DNA of 64,000 nucleotides from Thermoplasmatota archaeon (GCA_038046785.1 JBBSVM010000002.1:125196-189195), one strand, 5' to 3'; shown: positions 38,799 through 48,432, numbered from the stretch's first letter. Numbers and translations are program-made. The notes: generated by a model not told the origin, from the letters alone.

Positions 38799-38950
38799 TT
38801 ATATAGGGGGTGATCGTCGGCAAAAAAGCCCGGGGCAACCCGGGACTCGGAATGTGCCCGTGCCGGCTTGTCCGGCCCGCTTTGCGGAGGGTGAACCGTG
38901 CAACCGCGACCCGCGACGCTTGTGCGCCGCATCGCACCAACAGGTGCAAC
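38799..38950 (+). promoter_or_regulatory. TATA box and structured 5' leader of rpl15e (candidate ribosomal protein leader)
   Basis: TTATATA at 38799; hairpins CCCGGG-GCAA-CCCGGG, GCCGG..CCGGC and GCACC-AACA-GGTGC, the last covering the SD-like AGGTG. Confidence 0.6.
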
Positions 38951-39583
38951 ATGACCAACGCGTACCACCACATCGGAGAGGCCTGGAAAGGCATTGACAA
39001 ATCGCACGGCTCCCCCCAGTGGGAGCGCCTCGTCGCCTGGCGCGAAGGCGAGTCCTTCGAGCGCGTCGAGAAGCCGCTGCGCCTGAACAAGGCCCGTCAG
39101 CTCGGCTACAAGGCGAAACAGGGCATCGTCATGGTGCGCGCCCGCGTGCGCCGCGGTGGCCTGCGCAAGAAGCGCTTCGTGCAGGGCCGTGTCCCCTCCA
39201 AGATGGGTGTCAACAAGATCACCATGCGCCAGAACACGCAGGCGATCGCCGAGGTCCGCACCTCGAAGCACTTCCCCAACCTGGAAGTCCTCAACTCCTA
39301 CTACGTCGGCGAGGACGGCAAGAACCTCTACTACGAGGTCATCCTCGTGGACCCCTACCACCCCTCCATCGAGGCGGACAAGGACCTCAACTGGCTCTGC
39401 CAGGCCAACGCCCGCAACCGTGTGCTGCGCGGCAAGACCTCGGCCGGTCAGAAGCACCGTGGCCTGCGCTGGAGCGGAACCGGCTCCGAGCACACTCGCC
39501 CCTCGGTGCGCAAGTCGAGCGTTCGCCACAAGGACCAGCTCCTGTGGAAGCGCCAAGACCAGGCGCGCAAGACGAAAATGTAA
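38951..39583 (+). CDS. rpl15e: 50S ribosomal protein L15e
   Basis: KARQLGYKAKQG, RVRRGG, PNLEVLNSYYVGEDG, YEVILVDP.HP, RGKTSAG. Confidence 0.98.
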   Translation: MTNAYHHIGEAWKGIDKSHGSPQWERLVAWREGESFERVEKPLRLNKARQLGYKAKQGIVMVRARVRRGGLRKKRFVQGRVPSKMGVNKITMRQNTQAIAEVRTSKHFPNLEVLNSYYVGEDGKNLYYEVILVDPYHPSIEADKDLNWLCQANARNRVLRGKTSAGQKHRGLRWSGTGSEHTRPSVRKSSVRHKDQLLWKRQDQARKTKM

Positions 39584-39605
39584 GGCGCGGCCGTCTGGCC
39601 TCGAC

Positions 39606-39640
39606 TTCTTCCCTTTCCCTTTCCTTCTCCCTTTCTTTTC
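39606..39640 (+). terminator. Polypyrimidine tract 3' of rpl15e
   Basis: 35-nt C/T-only run after the stop codon. Confidence 0.55.
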
Positions 39641-39657
39641 GGTCTCTCAATCCTACC

Positions 39658-39766
39658 GTGGGAAATCCTGGGATTTTCCGGATTTCGGGATTGCGGGAGT
39701 TTCGAGCTCTTGCTAACGCCCGAATCCGGTCATCCCTTGAATCCCGAAAATCCCAGGATTTCCCGC
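39658..39766. repeat. Long palindrome of 8-9-bp GGATT units (type B)
   Basis: GTGGGAAATCCTGGGATTTTCCGGATT pairs with AATCCCGAAAATCCCAGGATTTCCCGC. Confidence 0.75.
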
Positions 39767-39780
39767 AGGCGCGAGCGAGC

Positions 39781-40203
39781 TCAGTCGCTGAGTTGCTCTT
39801 GCAGTGTGATGAGCATCTCGGTGAGGAGATCCTCGAAGACGGTGTTCTTGTACTCCTTCGAGCCGGCGAGCGTCTCGGTGCGGGCGATGAAGAAGTGGCC
39901 TTCCTTGACGACCTCGATGAGCGCCATCGTGTTGCCGGAGATTTTCTCCGACGGCGTCTTCACCGGGGGCTCATCGGACTCCTTGGCGGCCTTGCCGGTC
40001 GGCTTGGCGGCAAGGGGCTTGGCGGTGGACAGGGAGGGGACGGGCGAGCGCAGGATCGGCTTAGGCCCTGGCTTGGAAGCGGTCGGTGGCATCGCCTTGG
40101 TGGCAGGCTTGGGCGCAGGTTTCGCGGCGGGCTTGGGGGCCGGCTTGGCCGCGCTCTTGGCGGGCGCCTTGGCAGGTTTCGCGGCGCTCTTCTTGGTTGC
40201 CAT
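39781..40203 (-). CDS. Hypothetical protein with histone H1-like Lys/Ala/Pro tail
   Basis: KPAK/KPAP repeats followed by a globular acidic C-terminal domain. Confidence 0.75.
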   Translation of the reverse strand: MATKKSAAKPAKAPAKSAAKPAPKPAAKPAPKPATKAMPPTASKPGPKPILRSPVPSLSTAKPLAAKPTGKAAKESDEPPVKTPSEKISGNTMALIEVVKEGHFFIARTETLAGSKEYKNTVFEDLLTEMLITLQEQLSD

Positions 40204-40249
40204 AGGGGCTCCTGGAGGGTTTGGGACTTAAGACCTTGGCCCAGGCAGT

Positions 40250-40945
40250 TCAGGAGCGGTGCGAACCGGTGCCGCGCGGCCGCTTGTCTTTGGTGGAGGG
40301 CCCCTTGGAGCCCCAGGGTCCGGCGCCGCGGCTGCGGGTGCGCACCTTGTCGCCCGGGCGCGCCTTGGCGTGGGCAACGTCGGCGAACACCCGGCTGACA
40401 TTGCGGGCGAAGAGGAAGCCCCGGTGCAGGGTGCGGTTCTGGTCCGATTTGAGGGTCTTGATGGCAAGCTTGATGCCCTGCACGACGCGCACCGAGCCGA
40501 TGTGAATCTCCTCCTCGGGCAGAACGTCTTCGCGGAAGCTGCGCGTGATCTCTCCCTCGTTGACGGTGTAATGCAGTTGAACGGTGTCGAACAGGACGGC
40601 GTAGAGAGTGCGCACGTCGGAGCCCGGGGCGCGGCGCGGCCGAGTCCCGTCGCGCAGCTCGACGGCGGTGATGCGAACGCGGTGACCATCGAGATCGTAC
40701 TCGTCATCCACGCCAACACCGGCCAGGACCGGGACGTGCAGGACGGCGGTGCGGGAGGTTGGCCCTTCGCTCAGGATGACGGGAACCTGGACGCTGCGCT
40801 CTTGGCGCGGTGCCGGAAGGACACGGATGCTCTTGCAGCGGGCGCACTGCACTGTCCAGCCCGAATCGGCGGCGCGCAAAACCTCGTGGCCGCGCTCCTC
40901 GCCGCACTCGGGGCAGTCGAGAATGAGGGCGTCCTCCGAATCCAT
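40250..40945 (-). CDS. HVO_0476-like archaeal zinc-finger protein
   Basis: CPEC....HEVL ...CARC; two internal repeats; VPVILS. Confidence 0.75.
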   Translation of the reverse strand: MDSEDALILDCPECGEERGHEVLRAADSGWTVQCARCKSIRVLPAPRQERSVQVPVILSEGPTSRTAVLHVPVLAGVGVDDEYDLDGHRVRITAVELRDGTRPRRAPGSDVRTLYAVLFDTVQLHYTVNEGEITRSFREDVLPEEEIHIGSVRVVQGIKLAIKTLKSDQNRTLHRGFLFARNVSRVFADVAHAKARPGDKVRTRSRGAGPWGSKGPSTKDKRPRGTGSHRS

Positions 40946-40982
40946 GGCCGTTCCAGGCCGGTCAACCGCATAAGGGCGCGGG

Positions 40983-41168
40983 TCACAGCTTGCGCAGGTA
41001 GGGGAGCCCGGTTCGCTTGTTCTCTGCCACTTTGTACCCTTCGGGCATCTCGACAGGGCTCCCTGATTTGGGGTTGCGCTGGCTGAAGAAGTAGACAATC
41101 TGTTTGTGGCCGCCCTTCAGCTCGACCTCGCGGGCGTGCAGGGTGTATCCGTTGTGCTCGAAGGCCAC
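40983..41168 (-). CDS. Small conserved hypothetical protein (61 aa)
   Basis: HNGYTL.AR...YFF...P.GY.V.EN..TGLP.LRK, homologous to an internal domain of 23036-24142. Confidence 0.8.
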   Translation of the reverse strand: MAFEHNGYTLHAREVELKGGHKQIVYFFSQRNPKSGSPVEMPEGYKVAENKRTGLPYLRKL

Positions 41169-41217
41169 GAAGAAAAGAGGGGGGAAGGGGGAGAAAAGCG
41201 AGTTGGCTGACTGCCTG

Positions 41218-41290
41218 GTCGCAGATTACGCAGATTTCACAGATTCTACGCTGGGAAGAACGAATCTGTGAAATCTGAGTAATCTGCGAC
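41218..41290. repeat. 9-bp-periodic palindrome, type A, copy 3
   Basis: GTCGCAGATT-ACGCAGATT-TCACAGATT and its inverse; 10 nt after the radA stop. Confidence 0.85.
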
Positions 41291-41299
41291 AGATCGGAC

Positions 41300-42349
41300 T
41301 TAGGCGTCCCTGATGCCGTCCTCTGTCACATTCACAATCGCCTCGCCCTCGGGAAGGTGTGGCGAGTCCACGAGGCGGCAGATGCGCTTTCCGCCCTTCG
41401 ACTTGCGGAGGTAGATGCGGAAGGTGCTGGTGTGGCCGACGATGTGGCCACCGATGGGGCGGGTCGGGTCGCCAAAGAAGGCGTCCGGCTTGGCGCTGAC
41501 CTGGTTGGTGACGACGCAGGCGGCATTGTTGATGCCGGCGAGGCGCTGCAGGTCGTGCATGTGGCGGTTGAGCTTGCCCTGCCGGTCGGCGAGCATGCCG
41601 CGGCCGATGAACTCGGCGCGGAAGTGTGCGGTGAGGGAGTCCACAACGATGAGTTTGACTGGGAACTGGCGGCAGATCTCCTGCGCCCGTTCGGCGAGGA
41701 GCATCTGGTGGTTGGAGTTGAATGCGCGCGCGACGTGGATCTTCTTCAGCGCCTCGTCGGGGTCCATGCCCATCGCCTTGGCCATCTGGGTGATGCGCTC
41801 GGGGCGGAAGGTGTTCTCGGTGTCGATGTAGAGGGCGTGGCCGTCGAGGCCGCCTTCGGCCTCCTTGCGTTGGACGTTGACGGCGAGCTGCATGGCGAAC
41901 TGCGTCTTGCAGGAGCCGAACTCGCCGTAGAACTCGGTGATGGACTGCGTCTCGATGCCGCCTCCCATCAGTTCGTCGAACGCCTTGCTGCCGGTGCCGA
42001 TCTTGTTGACGGTCTTGCGCCGCTCGGCCACCTCGAGGCCGGTTTCGAAGCCGCCGACATCGGCGAGCTTGCGGGCGGCGTTGATGATTTTCTGGGCGAT
42101 GCCTTCGCCGATGTCGCACTTTTCAGCGATGTCGCCGGGCGAGGCGACGGCGATGGCCATAAGATCCTCGTAGCCGGACTCCTTGAGCTTCTCGGCGGTG
42201 GCGGGGCCGACGCCGGGAAGGTCCTCCACGGTCATGCGGATGTGGCCCTCCTTCTTCGGGTCCTGTGCGCTCGCTTCCAACTGGTCATCGAAGGTTGCGT
42301 CGTAGTCTTCTTCCATAGCAACCGGGGTTCCGTTCTTCTTGGCCATCAT
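41300..42349 (-). CDS. radA: DNA repair and recombination protein RadA
   Basis: N-terminal HhH LPGVG; Walker A GEFGSCKT; [12 protein letters not shown]; IVVDS; TNQV; DSPHLPEGE. Confidence 0.98.
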   Translation of the reverse strand: MMAKKNGTPVAMEEDYDATFDDQLEASAQDPKKEGHIRMTVEDLPGVGPATAEKLKESGYEDLMAIAVASPGDIAEKCDIGEGIAQKIINAARKLADVGGFETGLEVAERRKTVNKIGTGSKAFDELMGGGIETQSITEFYGEFGSCKTQFAMQLAVNVQRKEAEGGLDGHALYIDTENTFRPERITQMAKAMGMDPDEALKKIHVARAFNSNHQMLLAERAQEICRQFPVKLIVVDSLTAHFRAEFIGRGMLADRQGKLNRHMHDLQRLAGINNAACVVTNQVSAKPDAFFGDPTRPIGGHIVGHTSTFRIYLRKSKGGKRICRLVDSPHLPEGEAIVNVTEDGIRDA

Positions 42350-42476
42350 GGCACCAAACCCCAGAAGGCTTGGGCCGTAGTTAGGGACCGATGGGGGGGT
42401 GGATGAAAGTGATGGTCCGGGGGTTCCTCCCTGTTGTCGGCGATGGATTTACGGACAGGCCAACGCCTGTGCGAGC

Positions 42477-42947
42477 ATGGCTGCCAAGCGCTTCAAGGCC
42501 CGCATCGAGCCGCGCGAAGGCTCCGCCTCGTGGCTCTACGTCATCCTGCCGTTCGACGCCGTCGCTTTGTGGGGCAGCAAAGGGGCGCTCAAGGTCAAGG
42601 GCACGATGAACGCCGCCCCGTTCCGGTCCAGCATCTTCCCGAACGGCGATGGAACGCACCACATCATGATGAACAAGGCGCTGCTGGAGACGGCGAAGGC
42701 GGGTCTTGGCGATACCGTAGCGTTCGCGATGGAGCCGGACACCGACGAGCGCGACTATCCGATGCCTGCCGACATGGCGAAGGCGGTGGGCGCGAACAAG
42801 AAAGCGGCGGCAACCTGGGAGGGGTTTCCGCCCTCGGCGCGCAAACTCTACGTGGAGTGGGTCGAGGGGGCGAAGAGGTCGGAGACGCGCACCGGCCGCA
42901 TCGCGAAGGCGAAGGAGTTGCTTGCTGAGGGGAAGAGGCTGAAGTAG
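42477..42947 (+). CDS. YdeI/OmpD-associated family protein (DUF1905 + OmdA)
   Basis: VKGTMN..PFRSS; P.D....; W..GAKRSETR..RI. Confidence 0.85.
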   Translation: MAAKRFKARIEPREGSASWLYVILPFDAVALWGSKGALKVKGTMNAAPFRSSIFPNGDGTHHIMMNKALLETAKAGLGDTVAFAMEPDTDERDYPMPADMAKAVGANKKAAATWEGFPPSARKLYVEWVEGAKRSETRTGRIAKAKELLAEGKRLK

Positions 42948-42967
42948 CCTCCCGCAGTCGCCCTTGC

Positions 42968-45964
42968 GTGACCCTGCTGAACCTGTCGAACAGCCACCTG
43001 TTCTGGCAGGGCAAGCCGCCGGAGCCCATCGAGAAGCATCACCGCCCGTTCTTCTTGGCGTTCCCGCAGGACCCCTCGGAGCCGATTGAACGGGCGCACA
43101 AGCGGCTCGTCGCCCTCGTCGCCGCTGCGGCGGGCAAATCCACGGAGGAAGACTCCCTCGCCAAAGTGTTCGAGGTGCAGGCGCCGATTCGCTACAAGTC
43201 GTTCTGGAACCACGGGCAGTCGCGCGACGTCATCCCGGTCGTGGCGCGGCGCTCATTCTGGGTGCCCGACATCTCGGACAAACTGTTCTTCGAGCACGGA
43301 TTCTACACGTGTGAGCACGACATTCCCTACACGGAGCGCGCCAACGCCGACCTCGTCGCCGACAAGGGGTGGTGGCTGCTCGACACGAAGGGTCATCCCA
43401 ACAAGCTCAACGTGATGACGTACGACATCGAGACGACGCAGTACGGCAAACCGGGAGCGCCCAAGGCGGGCACCATCCCCATCGACATCATCGGCTACTC
43501 GCACTTCGACGTCGAGTACGAGGCGCAGAAGGACCTCGACACGGAGCAGTTCGATTTCCGCTTCCGACACATTCCCAACGATTGGGCCGAGCGCGAGGTC
43601 ATCCAGTTGGTCTCGCACAATCTCGACGAGGAACTGGACAATCTCGCCCGCTTCACGCAGCACGCGGTGCGGCAGGACATCATCGCCGGCCACAACATCC
43701 TCGGCTTCGACAACAAACAGGTGCACGACCGCATCGTCGAACTGCTGCAGAAGGACCAGCGCAAGCAGTCCATCAGCCCCAACATGAAGCGCTGGTTCGA
43801 AGAGTTCACCGGCGTCTACTCGCGCCCCGACTCCAGTTTCCACTTCGGCACGAAGGCGGAGATCGCCATCTGGCACCCGGTGAGCCTGGACACCTTCATG
43901 GCGGCGCGCAAGTTCTACTTCTACAACGACGACTTCACGCTCAAGGGACTCGCCCCGTGGCTCGGCATCAACGTCCCCGATCGTGTCTACCTCGAGCCGC
44001 ACGAGATGGACTTGGGCCCCAAGACGCTGCTCTACAACAAGCACGACATCCAGGAGCAACTCGGCCTCACGCAGCAGCTCATCGCGCAAGCCCTTCCGCT
44101 CTGCTTCACCGTCAATTTGCCACTCGATGAGTTGCTGACCAGTGGCACCACAAAAATGTGGGACCAGATGGCGTTCATTCGCGCCCGCCGGCAACGCAAG
44201 ATGATGCCGGCGACCTGCCGCGCCCAGGGGGTTGCGCGCAGCATCCACCGCTTCCTCCCGAACAATCCCTACCCGACGCGGGAGCAAGTGGCCGCCAGCA
44301 TCAAGGGGTTGCCACCGGAAGAGCGCGCGACGGCGGGCAACAAGGAGTTCGTGCGCGTCGCCAAGCAGGGGCCGGAGATGCCGTTCTGGTGCGAGCATCC
44401 CGGCGTCATCGTCAAGGCGGAGGGCCAAGTGTACGGCGACTCCGAAGATGCCAACGGCTACGCCATCCCGGGCGGTATGACGCTCAAGCCGGACTCCGAC
44501 CTCAAGTCGCACCTCATCCCGTGGTTCCACGTCGTCGCCGCCGACGTCGGTGCGATGTACCCCACCATCCTCAAGGCGCGCAACCTCACCGCCGACACCG
44601 TCCAGCCCGCCCGGAAAGGCGAGAAGGTGGACGACTGGATCTGGCTCTTCGAGCTGGACCCTGCCTTCGCCGCGTCGGGCAAATACGAGGTCAAGAAGGC
44701 TGAGAAAGAGGACCCCTTCACGAAAGGCAAGGGTTGGCTCATCGGCGTCAAGCACAACCCCGAACCCGGCATGGTGAACCTCGCCATGACAGGCGTCCTC
44801 AGCACCATCCAGAAGGTCAAGTCGGCGCGTGCGAAGGCGAAGAAGGAGAACAGGCCCAAGGACGAAATTCGCGTCCACGACATGACCTATCAGTCGCTCA
44901 AGGCGGCCCGCAACGCCGGCACACACGGCATCCTCGTTGCCGTGAACGTGAGTTGCCGCCAGTTCAACGTCTGGGGCGGTGCCAACATCACCACCATCGG
45001 CCAGCGCATTTTGCACGACGCCCTCACCGATTTCGAGGGGCAGGGCATCCGCGTCGTCTACGGTGACACCGACGGCATCTACCTTGCTTGCTCAAAATCG
45101 GCGGGCAACCTGCCGCACTTCGCCGCCGCCCTTGGCGCCGACGTCGAGCCGGAGCAAGACAAGTGGATCACGATGCCCGACAAGGCACTGAGCGCAGTGT
45201 CGGCGGCCAACACGAAGTTCCGCAAACAGTTGGACTACGAAGGATTCGAGTTGGAAGCGGAGACGCACGACGCCATGGTGTTCGTTGTGCACAAGAACTA
45301 CCTCATCTTCGACGCCGCCCCCGGGGGCGACGACATCGTCCTGGAAACGAAGGGCAACAATTTCAAAGGCAGCGACAAGGCACCGCTCGCACAGGAACTT
45401 CTTCGTCTCATCATGAAGAAGGCGCTCGCGGAAACGGCGAAGTGGGACGTCGAGGAGAAAGCGCGCGAGGCGCTCAAAATGGCCATCAAGAAGGCGACCA
45501 AGGAGGTCATGCTGACGGTGCAGGTCGCCAAGACCGCGCGCGAACAGCTTACCCTCAAGCAGTCGGTCTCGAGCGTCAAATCCTATGAGCCCAATCCGGA
45601 CGGAACTCTGCGCAGCCAAGCGGTTCGCACCGCTGCCCTCGAAGACCTCACTGGGGAGACCATCACGGCGACGCGCAAGTTCAAATTCATCGTCTGCCGC
45701 GAGCCGCTGCCGCTCTACAAGGAGAAGGAGCGGCAGGAGCGCAAGCGGGCGGAGTTGGCGCGCGCCGGCCACAACCTGGTCGTCAAGGAGCCGAAGAACC
45801 GCGGCCTCAAGCCGATTGAGTACATGTGGCCCATCGAGCAGGTCAAGGACGGCATGATCGATTGGGCCTGGTACAAATCCATGGTCGAGGATTACGTCAA
45901 GGGCGCATTCGGCTTCGATTCCCTGGATCTGGCACAGCAGAAGGACCTCAGCAGTTGGTTCTAA
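42968..45964 (+). CDS. Family B DNA polymerase (divergent) with 3'-5' exonuclease and C-terminal PIP box
   Basis: ExoI YDIET, ExoII HNILGFD, ExoIII YNKHD; motif A DVGAMYP, motif B KAARNAGTHG, motif C YGDTDG; QKDLSSWF. Confidence 0.9.
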   Translation: MTLLNLSNSHLFWQGKPPEPIEKHHRPFFLAFPQDPSEPIERAHKRLVALVAAAAGKSTEEDSLAKVFEVQAPIRYKSFWNHGQSRDVIPVVARRSFWVPDISDKLFFEHGFYTCEHDIPYTERANADLVADKGWWLLDTKGHPNKLNVMTYDIETTQYGKPGAPKAGTIPIDIIGYSHFDVEYEAQKDLDTEQFDFRFRHIPNDWAEREVIQLVSHNLDEELDNLARFTQHAVRQDIIAGHNILGFDNKQVHDRIVELLQKDQRKQSISPNMKRWFEEFTGVYSRPDSSFHFGTKAEIAIWHPVSLDTFMAARKFYFYNDDFTLKGLAPWLGINVPDRVYLEPHEMDLGPKTLLYNKHDIQEQLGLTQQLIAQALPLCFTVNLPLDELLTSGTTKMWDQMAFIRARRQRKMMPATCRAQGVARSIHRFLPNNPYPTREQVAASIKGLPPEERATAGNKEFVRVAKQGPEMPFWCEHPGVIVKAEGQVYGDSEDANGYAIPGGMTLKPDSDLKSHLIPWFHVVAADVGAMYPTILKARNLTADTVQPARKGEKVDDWIWLFELDPAFAASGKYEVKKAEKEDPFTKGKGWLIGVKHNPEPGMVNLAMTGVLSTIQKVKSARAKAKKENRPKDEIRVHDMTYQSLKAARNAGTHGILVAVNVSCRQFNVWGGANITTIGQRILHDALTDFEGQGIRVVYGDTDGIYLACSKSAGNLPHFAAALGADVEPEQDKWITMPDKALSAVSAANTKFRKQLDYEGFELEAETHDAMVFVVHKNYLIFDAAPGGDDIVLETKGNNFKGSDKAPLAQELLRLIMKKALAETAKWDVEEKAREALKMAIKKATKEVMLTVQVAKTAREQLTLKQSVSSVKSYEPNPDGTLRSQAVRTAALEDLTGETITATRKFKFIVCREPLPLYKEKERQERKRAELARAGHNLVVKEPKNRGLKPIEYMWPIEQVKDGMIDWAWYKSMVEDYVKGAFGFDSLDLAQQKDLSSWF

Positions 45965-45988
45965 GCGCGCGCCGGCCTTCTTCGGGAC

Positions 45989-46162
45989 ATGCGCTGGCCC
46001 ACCATCGTCCTCCTCGCCCTGTCGCCGCTCTCGTTCATCCTCGGCTTCGTCATCAACGCCGACAAAGCGTTCCAGATCAGCACCGGCATCATCGGCAGCT
46101 TCGTCTTCCTCACAGGCGCCCTCGTGCTGCTCGGCATGGAGCAGCTCGCCAACGAGGCGTGA
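45989..46162 (+). CDS. Small 2-TM membrane protein (57 aa; absent from the ORF track)
   Basis: MRWPTIVLLALSPLSFILGFVINADKAFQISTGIIGSFVFLTGALVLLGMEQLANEA; GC3-rich codons. Confidence 0.65.
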   Translation: MRWPTIVLLALSPLSFILGFVINADKAFQISTGIIGSFVFLTGALVLLGMEQLANEA

Positions 46163-46209
46163 GCTGCACCATCGGCAAGGTTTGAACGGGCCGCCCGACT
46201 CGTCGCGGC

Positions 46210-46671
46210 GTGCCGAACCATTGGCTCATGAAGTCGGAGCCTGAATCCTATTCCATCGCGGATTTGAAGAAGGAAAAACGCACCGGCTGGAGCGGCGTGC
46301 GCAACTACCAAGCGCGCAACTTCATGCAGAGCATGGCGGTGGGCGACCTGGTCATTTTCTACCACAGCAACGCCGCCCCGCCGGGGGCCGCCGGCGTCGC
46401 CAAGGTCGTGAAGACGGCCTATCCCGACCCGACCGCGTTCGACGCGAAGGACCACCATTTCGACCCCAAGTCGAACCCGGAGAAGCCGACCTGGCACCAG
46501 GTCGATGTCGCGCACGTGGCGACGTTCAAGGAGTTCGTTCCGCTGGACGCCCTCAAGGAGGACAAGAAGCTCAGCGGGCTCCTGCTGACCTCCGGCAAGG
46601 CGATGCAGCTCTCCGTGCAGCCACTCTCGAAGCCGCACTTCGACCGCATCGTTGCCCTCGGCAAGTCCTGA
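46210..46671 (+). CDS. EVE domain protein
   Basis: WLMKSEPE.YS, WSGVRNYQARN, FYHSN, YPDPT.FD. Confidence 0.95.
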   Translation: MPNHWLMKSEPESYSIADLKKEKRTGWSGVRNYQARNFMQSMAVGDLVIFYHSNAAPPGAAGVAKVVKTAYPDPTAFDAKDHHFDPKSNPEKPTWHQVDVAHVATFKEFVPLDALKEDKKLSGLLLTSGKAMQLSVQPLSKPHFDRIVALGKS

Positions 46672-46731
46672 ACCCGCTGCCCCCTGTTGGCCGGCCCCGG
46701 CGCTTATACGCCGGAACCAGGTCGCGTGGTC

Positions 46732-48378
46732 GTGGCCCGCACGGTCCTCGCTGACGCTTCGCGCCTGACGCGCTTCAACGAGATTGTCGCCATCCTGCTG
46801 CGCCACAACGCCTGGCGGCTGCTGCGCGGCATGCTGCGCGCCCCGTCGGAGAAGGACGAGGAGGCGGCGTCCCGGCCCGAAAGGGTGCGCAAACTCCTCG
46901 AAGCGCTTGGCCCCACTTTCATCAAACTCGGCCAGCTGCTTGCGACGCGTCCCGACCTGGTGCCGAAGGCCTACGTCGAAGAGTTCAGCAAGCTCTACGA
47001 CCAGACGCCGCCGAGCCCGCCCGAAGAAGTGCAGCGCGTCCTGCGCGAGGAGCTGTGCCGCGACCCTTCCACGGTCTTCGCCACGTTCGAGACCACGCCC
47101 ATTGCAAGCGCCAGCATCGGCCAAGTGCACAAGGCGACCCTCATGGATGGCACCCCGGTCGCCGTTAAGGTCCAGCACGTCGGCACCGAGGAGCGCATGG
47201 TGCTGGATTTCCAGATTCTCAAGGGGCTCGTCACCTTCATCGAGAAGACGTTCAGCGGGTCGCGTGTTTGGCAGCCGATGGACCACCTCGAGGAGTTGCG
47301 CCTCATGTTGGAGCGCGAGCTGGACTACCGCTATGAGATGCGCACGACGCAGCAAGTGGCGGCCAACTTCGCCAGCGACCCGACCGTGCACATCCCGGCC
47401 GTCTACCCGATGGCGTGCGGCAAGCGCCTGCTCGTCATGGAGTTCATCGAGGGCACCAAGCTGAGCCGACTCGACGGTCCCGAAGTGGCCGCCATCGACC
47501 GGCCTGCCGTGGCGCGCAACCTCACGACGGCGATGGCGAAGCAGATTTTCGTGCACCGCCTCTTCCACGCCGACCCGTCGCCCGGCAACCTCATGGTGCA
47601 AGGCACGAGCACCGTCGTCTTCCTCGACTTCGGCGCCGTCGGCCTCGTTACGGAGCGGCGGGCCAAGACCATTCTCACCCTCATCTCTTCGATTGGCAAG
47701 GGCGATTCCGAAGCGGCGGGGGAAGCCATCCTCGACCTCTGCGACCAGCGCGCCGAACTGGACCTCAAGCGGTTCCAGGGCGATGTCGAGCGCATGGTGG
47801 ATTACTTCGAACGCGAGTCCGTGAGCGTCGCGGACCCGGTGCTGATGGACCTCATCATCGGCATCGCGCGCAGCCACAAAATGCTCCTGCCGCCCGACTT
47901 CGCCCTCATCACCCGCGCCCTCTTCCAGTTCGAGGGGTTCTGCCGGCAGCTCGACCCCGACTTCGACCTCACCGCCGTCCTTGCTCCCTTCGTGCAGCAG
48001 TTGGTCTGGCGCAACCTCGCCGACCCGCGCGCCCAGAAGGAGCTCATCGAAGAGACGCTGGGCGAGCTGCTGAAGTTCGGCCGCACCGTTCCGCACACCC
48101 TCAACACGGTGCTGCGCAAGATCGAGCGCAACGAGCTGACCACCCGCGTCGACCTCGTCGGCCTCGAGGGCATCAAGTCGGCGCAGGGGCGCGGCGTCCT
48201 GAAGATGGCGTTCACCGTGATGATGGCCTCGCTGCTCATCGGCCTCGGCATCATTTACGGCGCCAACGTCCCCTCCGCCCGCGTCGGGCAGTTCCTGTTC
48301 GGCGCCGGCGCCGTCATGGCCATCTGGACTCTGGTCATGGTGCTCTGGTCGGAGAGCTTCAAGGGACGCCGGGAGTAG
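46732..48378 (+). CDS. AarF/UbiB (ABC1) family atypical kinase
   Basis: LGPTFIKLGQ, ASASIGQVH, VAVKVQ, FHADP.PGN, LDFG. Confidence 0.93.
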   Translation: MARTVLADASRLTRFNEIVAILLRHNAWRLLRGMLRAPSEKDEEAASRPERVRKLLEALGPTFIKLGQLLATRPDLVPKAYVEEFSKLYDQTPPSPPEEVQRVLREELCRDPSTVFATFETTPIASASIGQVHKATLMDGTPVAVKVQHVGTEERMVLDFQILKGLVTFIEKTFSGSRVWQPMDHLEELRLMLERELDYRYEMRTTQQVAANFASDPTVHIPAVYPMACGKRLLVMEFIEGTKLSRLDGPEVAAIDRPAVARNLTTAMAKQIFVHRLFHADPSPGNLMVQGTSTVVFLDFGAVGLVTERRAKTILTLISSIGKGDSEAAGEAILDLCDQRAELDLKRFQGDVERMVDYFERESVSVADPVLMDLIIGIARSHKMLLPPDFALITRALFQFEGFCRQLDPDFDLTAVLAPFVQQLVWRNLADPRAQKELIEETLGELLKFGRTVPHTLNTVLRKIERNELTTRVDLVGLEGIKSAQGRGVLKMAFTVMMASLLIGLGIIYGANVPSARVGQFLFGAGAVMAIWTLVMVLWSESFKGRRE

Positions 48379-48432
48379 CCGCACGGGTTCGCCCGCCGAC
48401 AGCCTTTCATCCTTCGAGGAAGGTCGCTCCAC

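Noticed and set aside
42968-45964. Intein in PolB (or in RadA) explaining the length
   Set aside because: No C/S...HN-[CST] splice junctions or LAGLIDADG motifs; RadA is of normal length
42968-46671. PolB plus EVE as a casposon, provirus or defence island
   Set aside because: No Cas1, capsid, integrase or terminal repeats; PolB has a PCNA box and host-like codon usage; a lone EVE protein is common
45961-48432. Long antisense ORFs (823 aa here; also 26979-29555, 22637-24529, 43253-45016, 58367-60043)
   Set aside because: They lie opposite clearly recognisable genes and are expected from high GC3 codon bias; they contain no motifs
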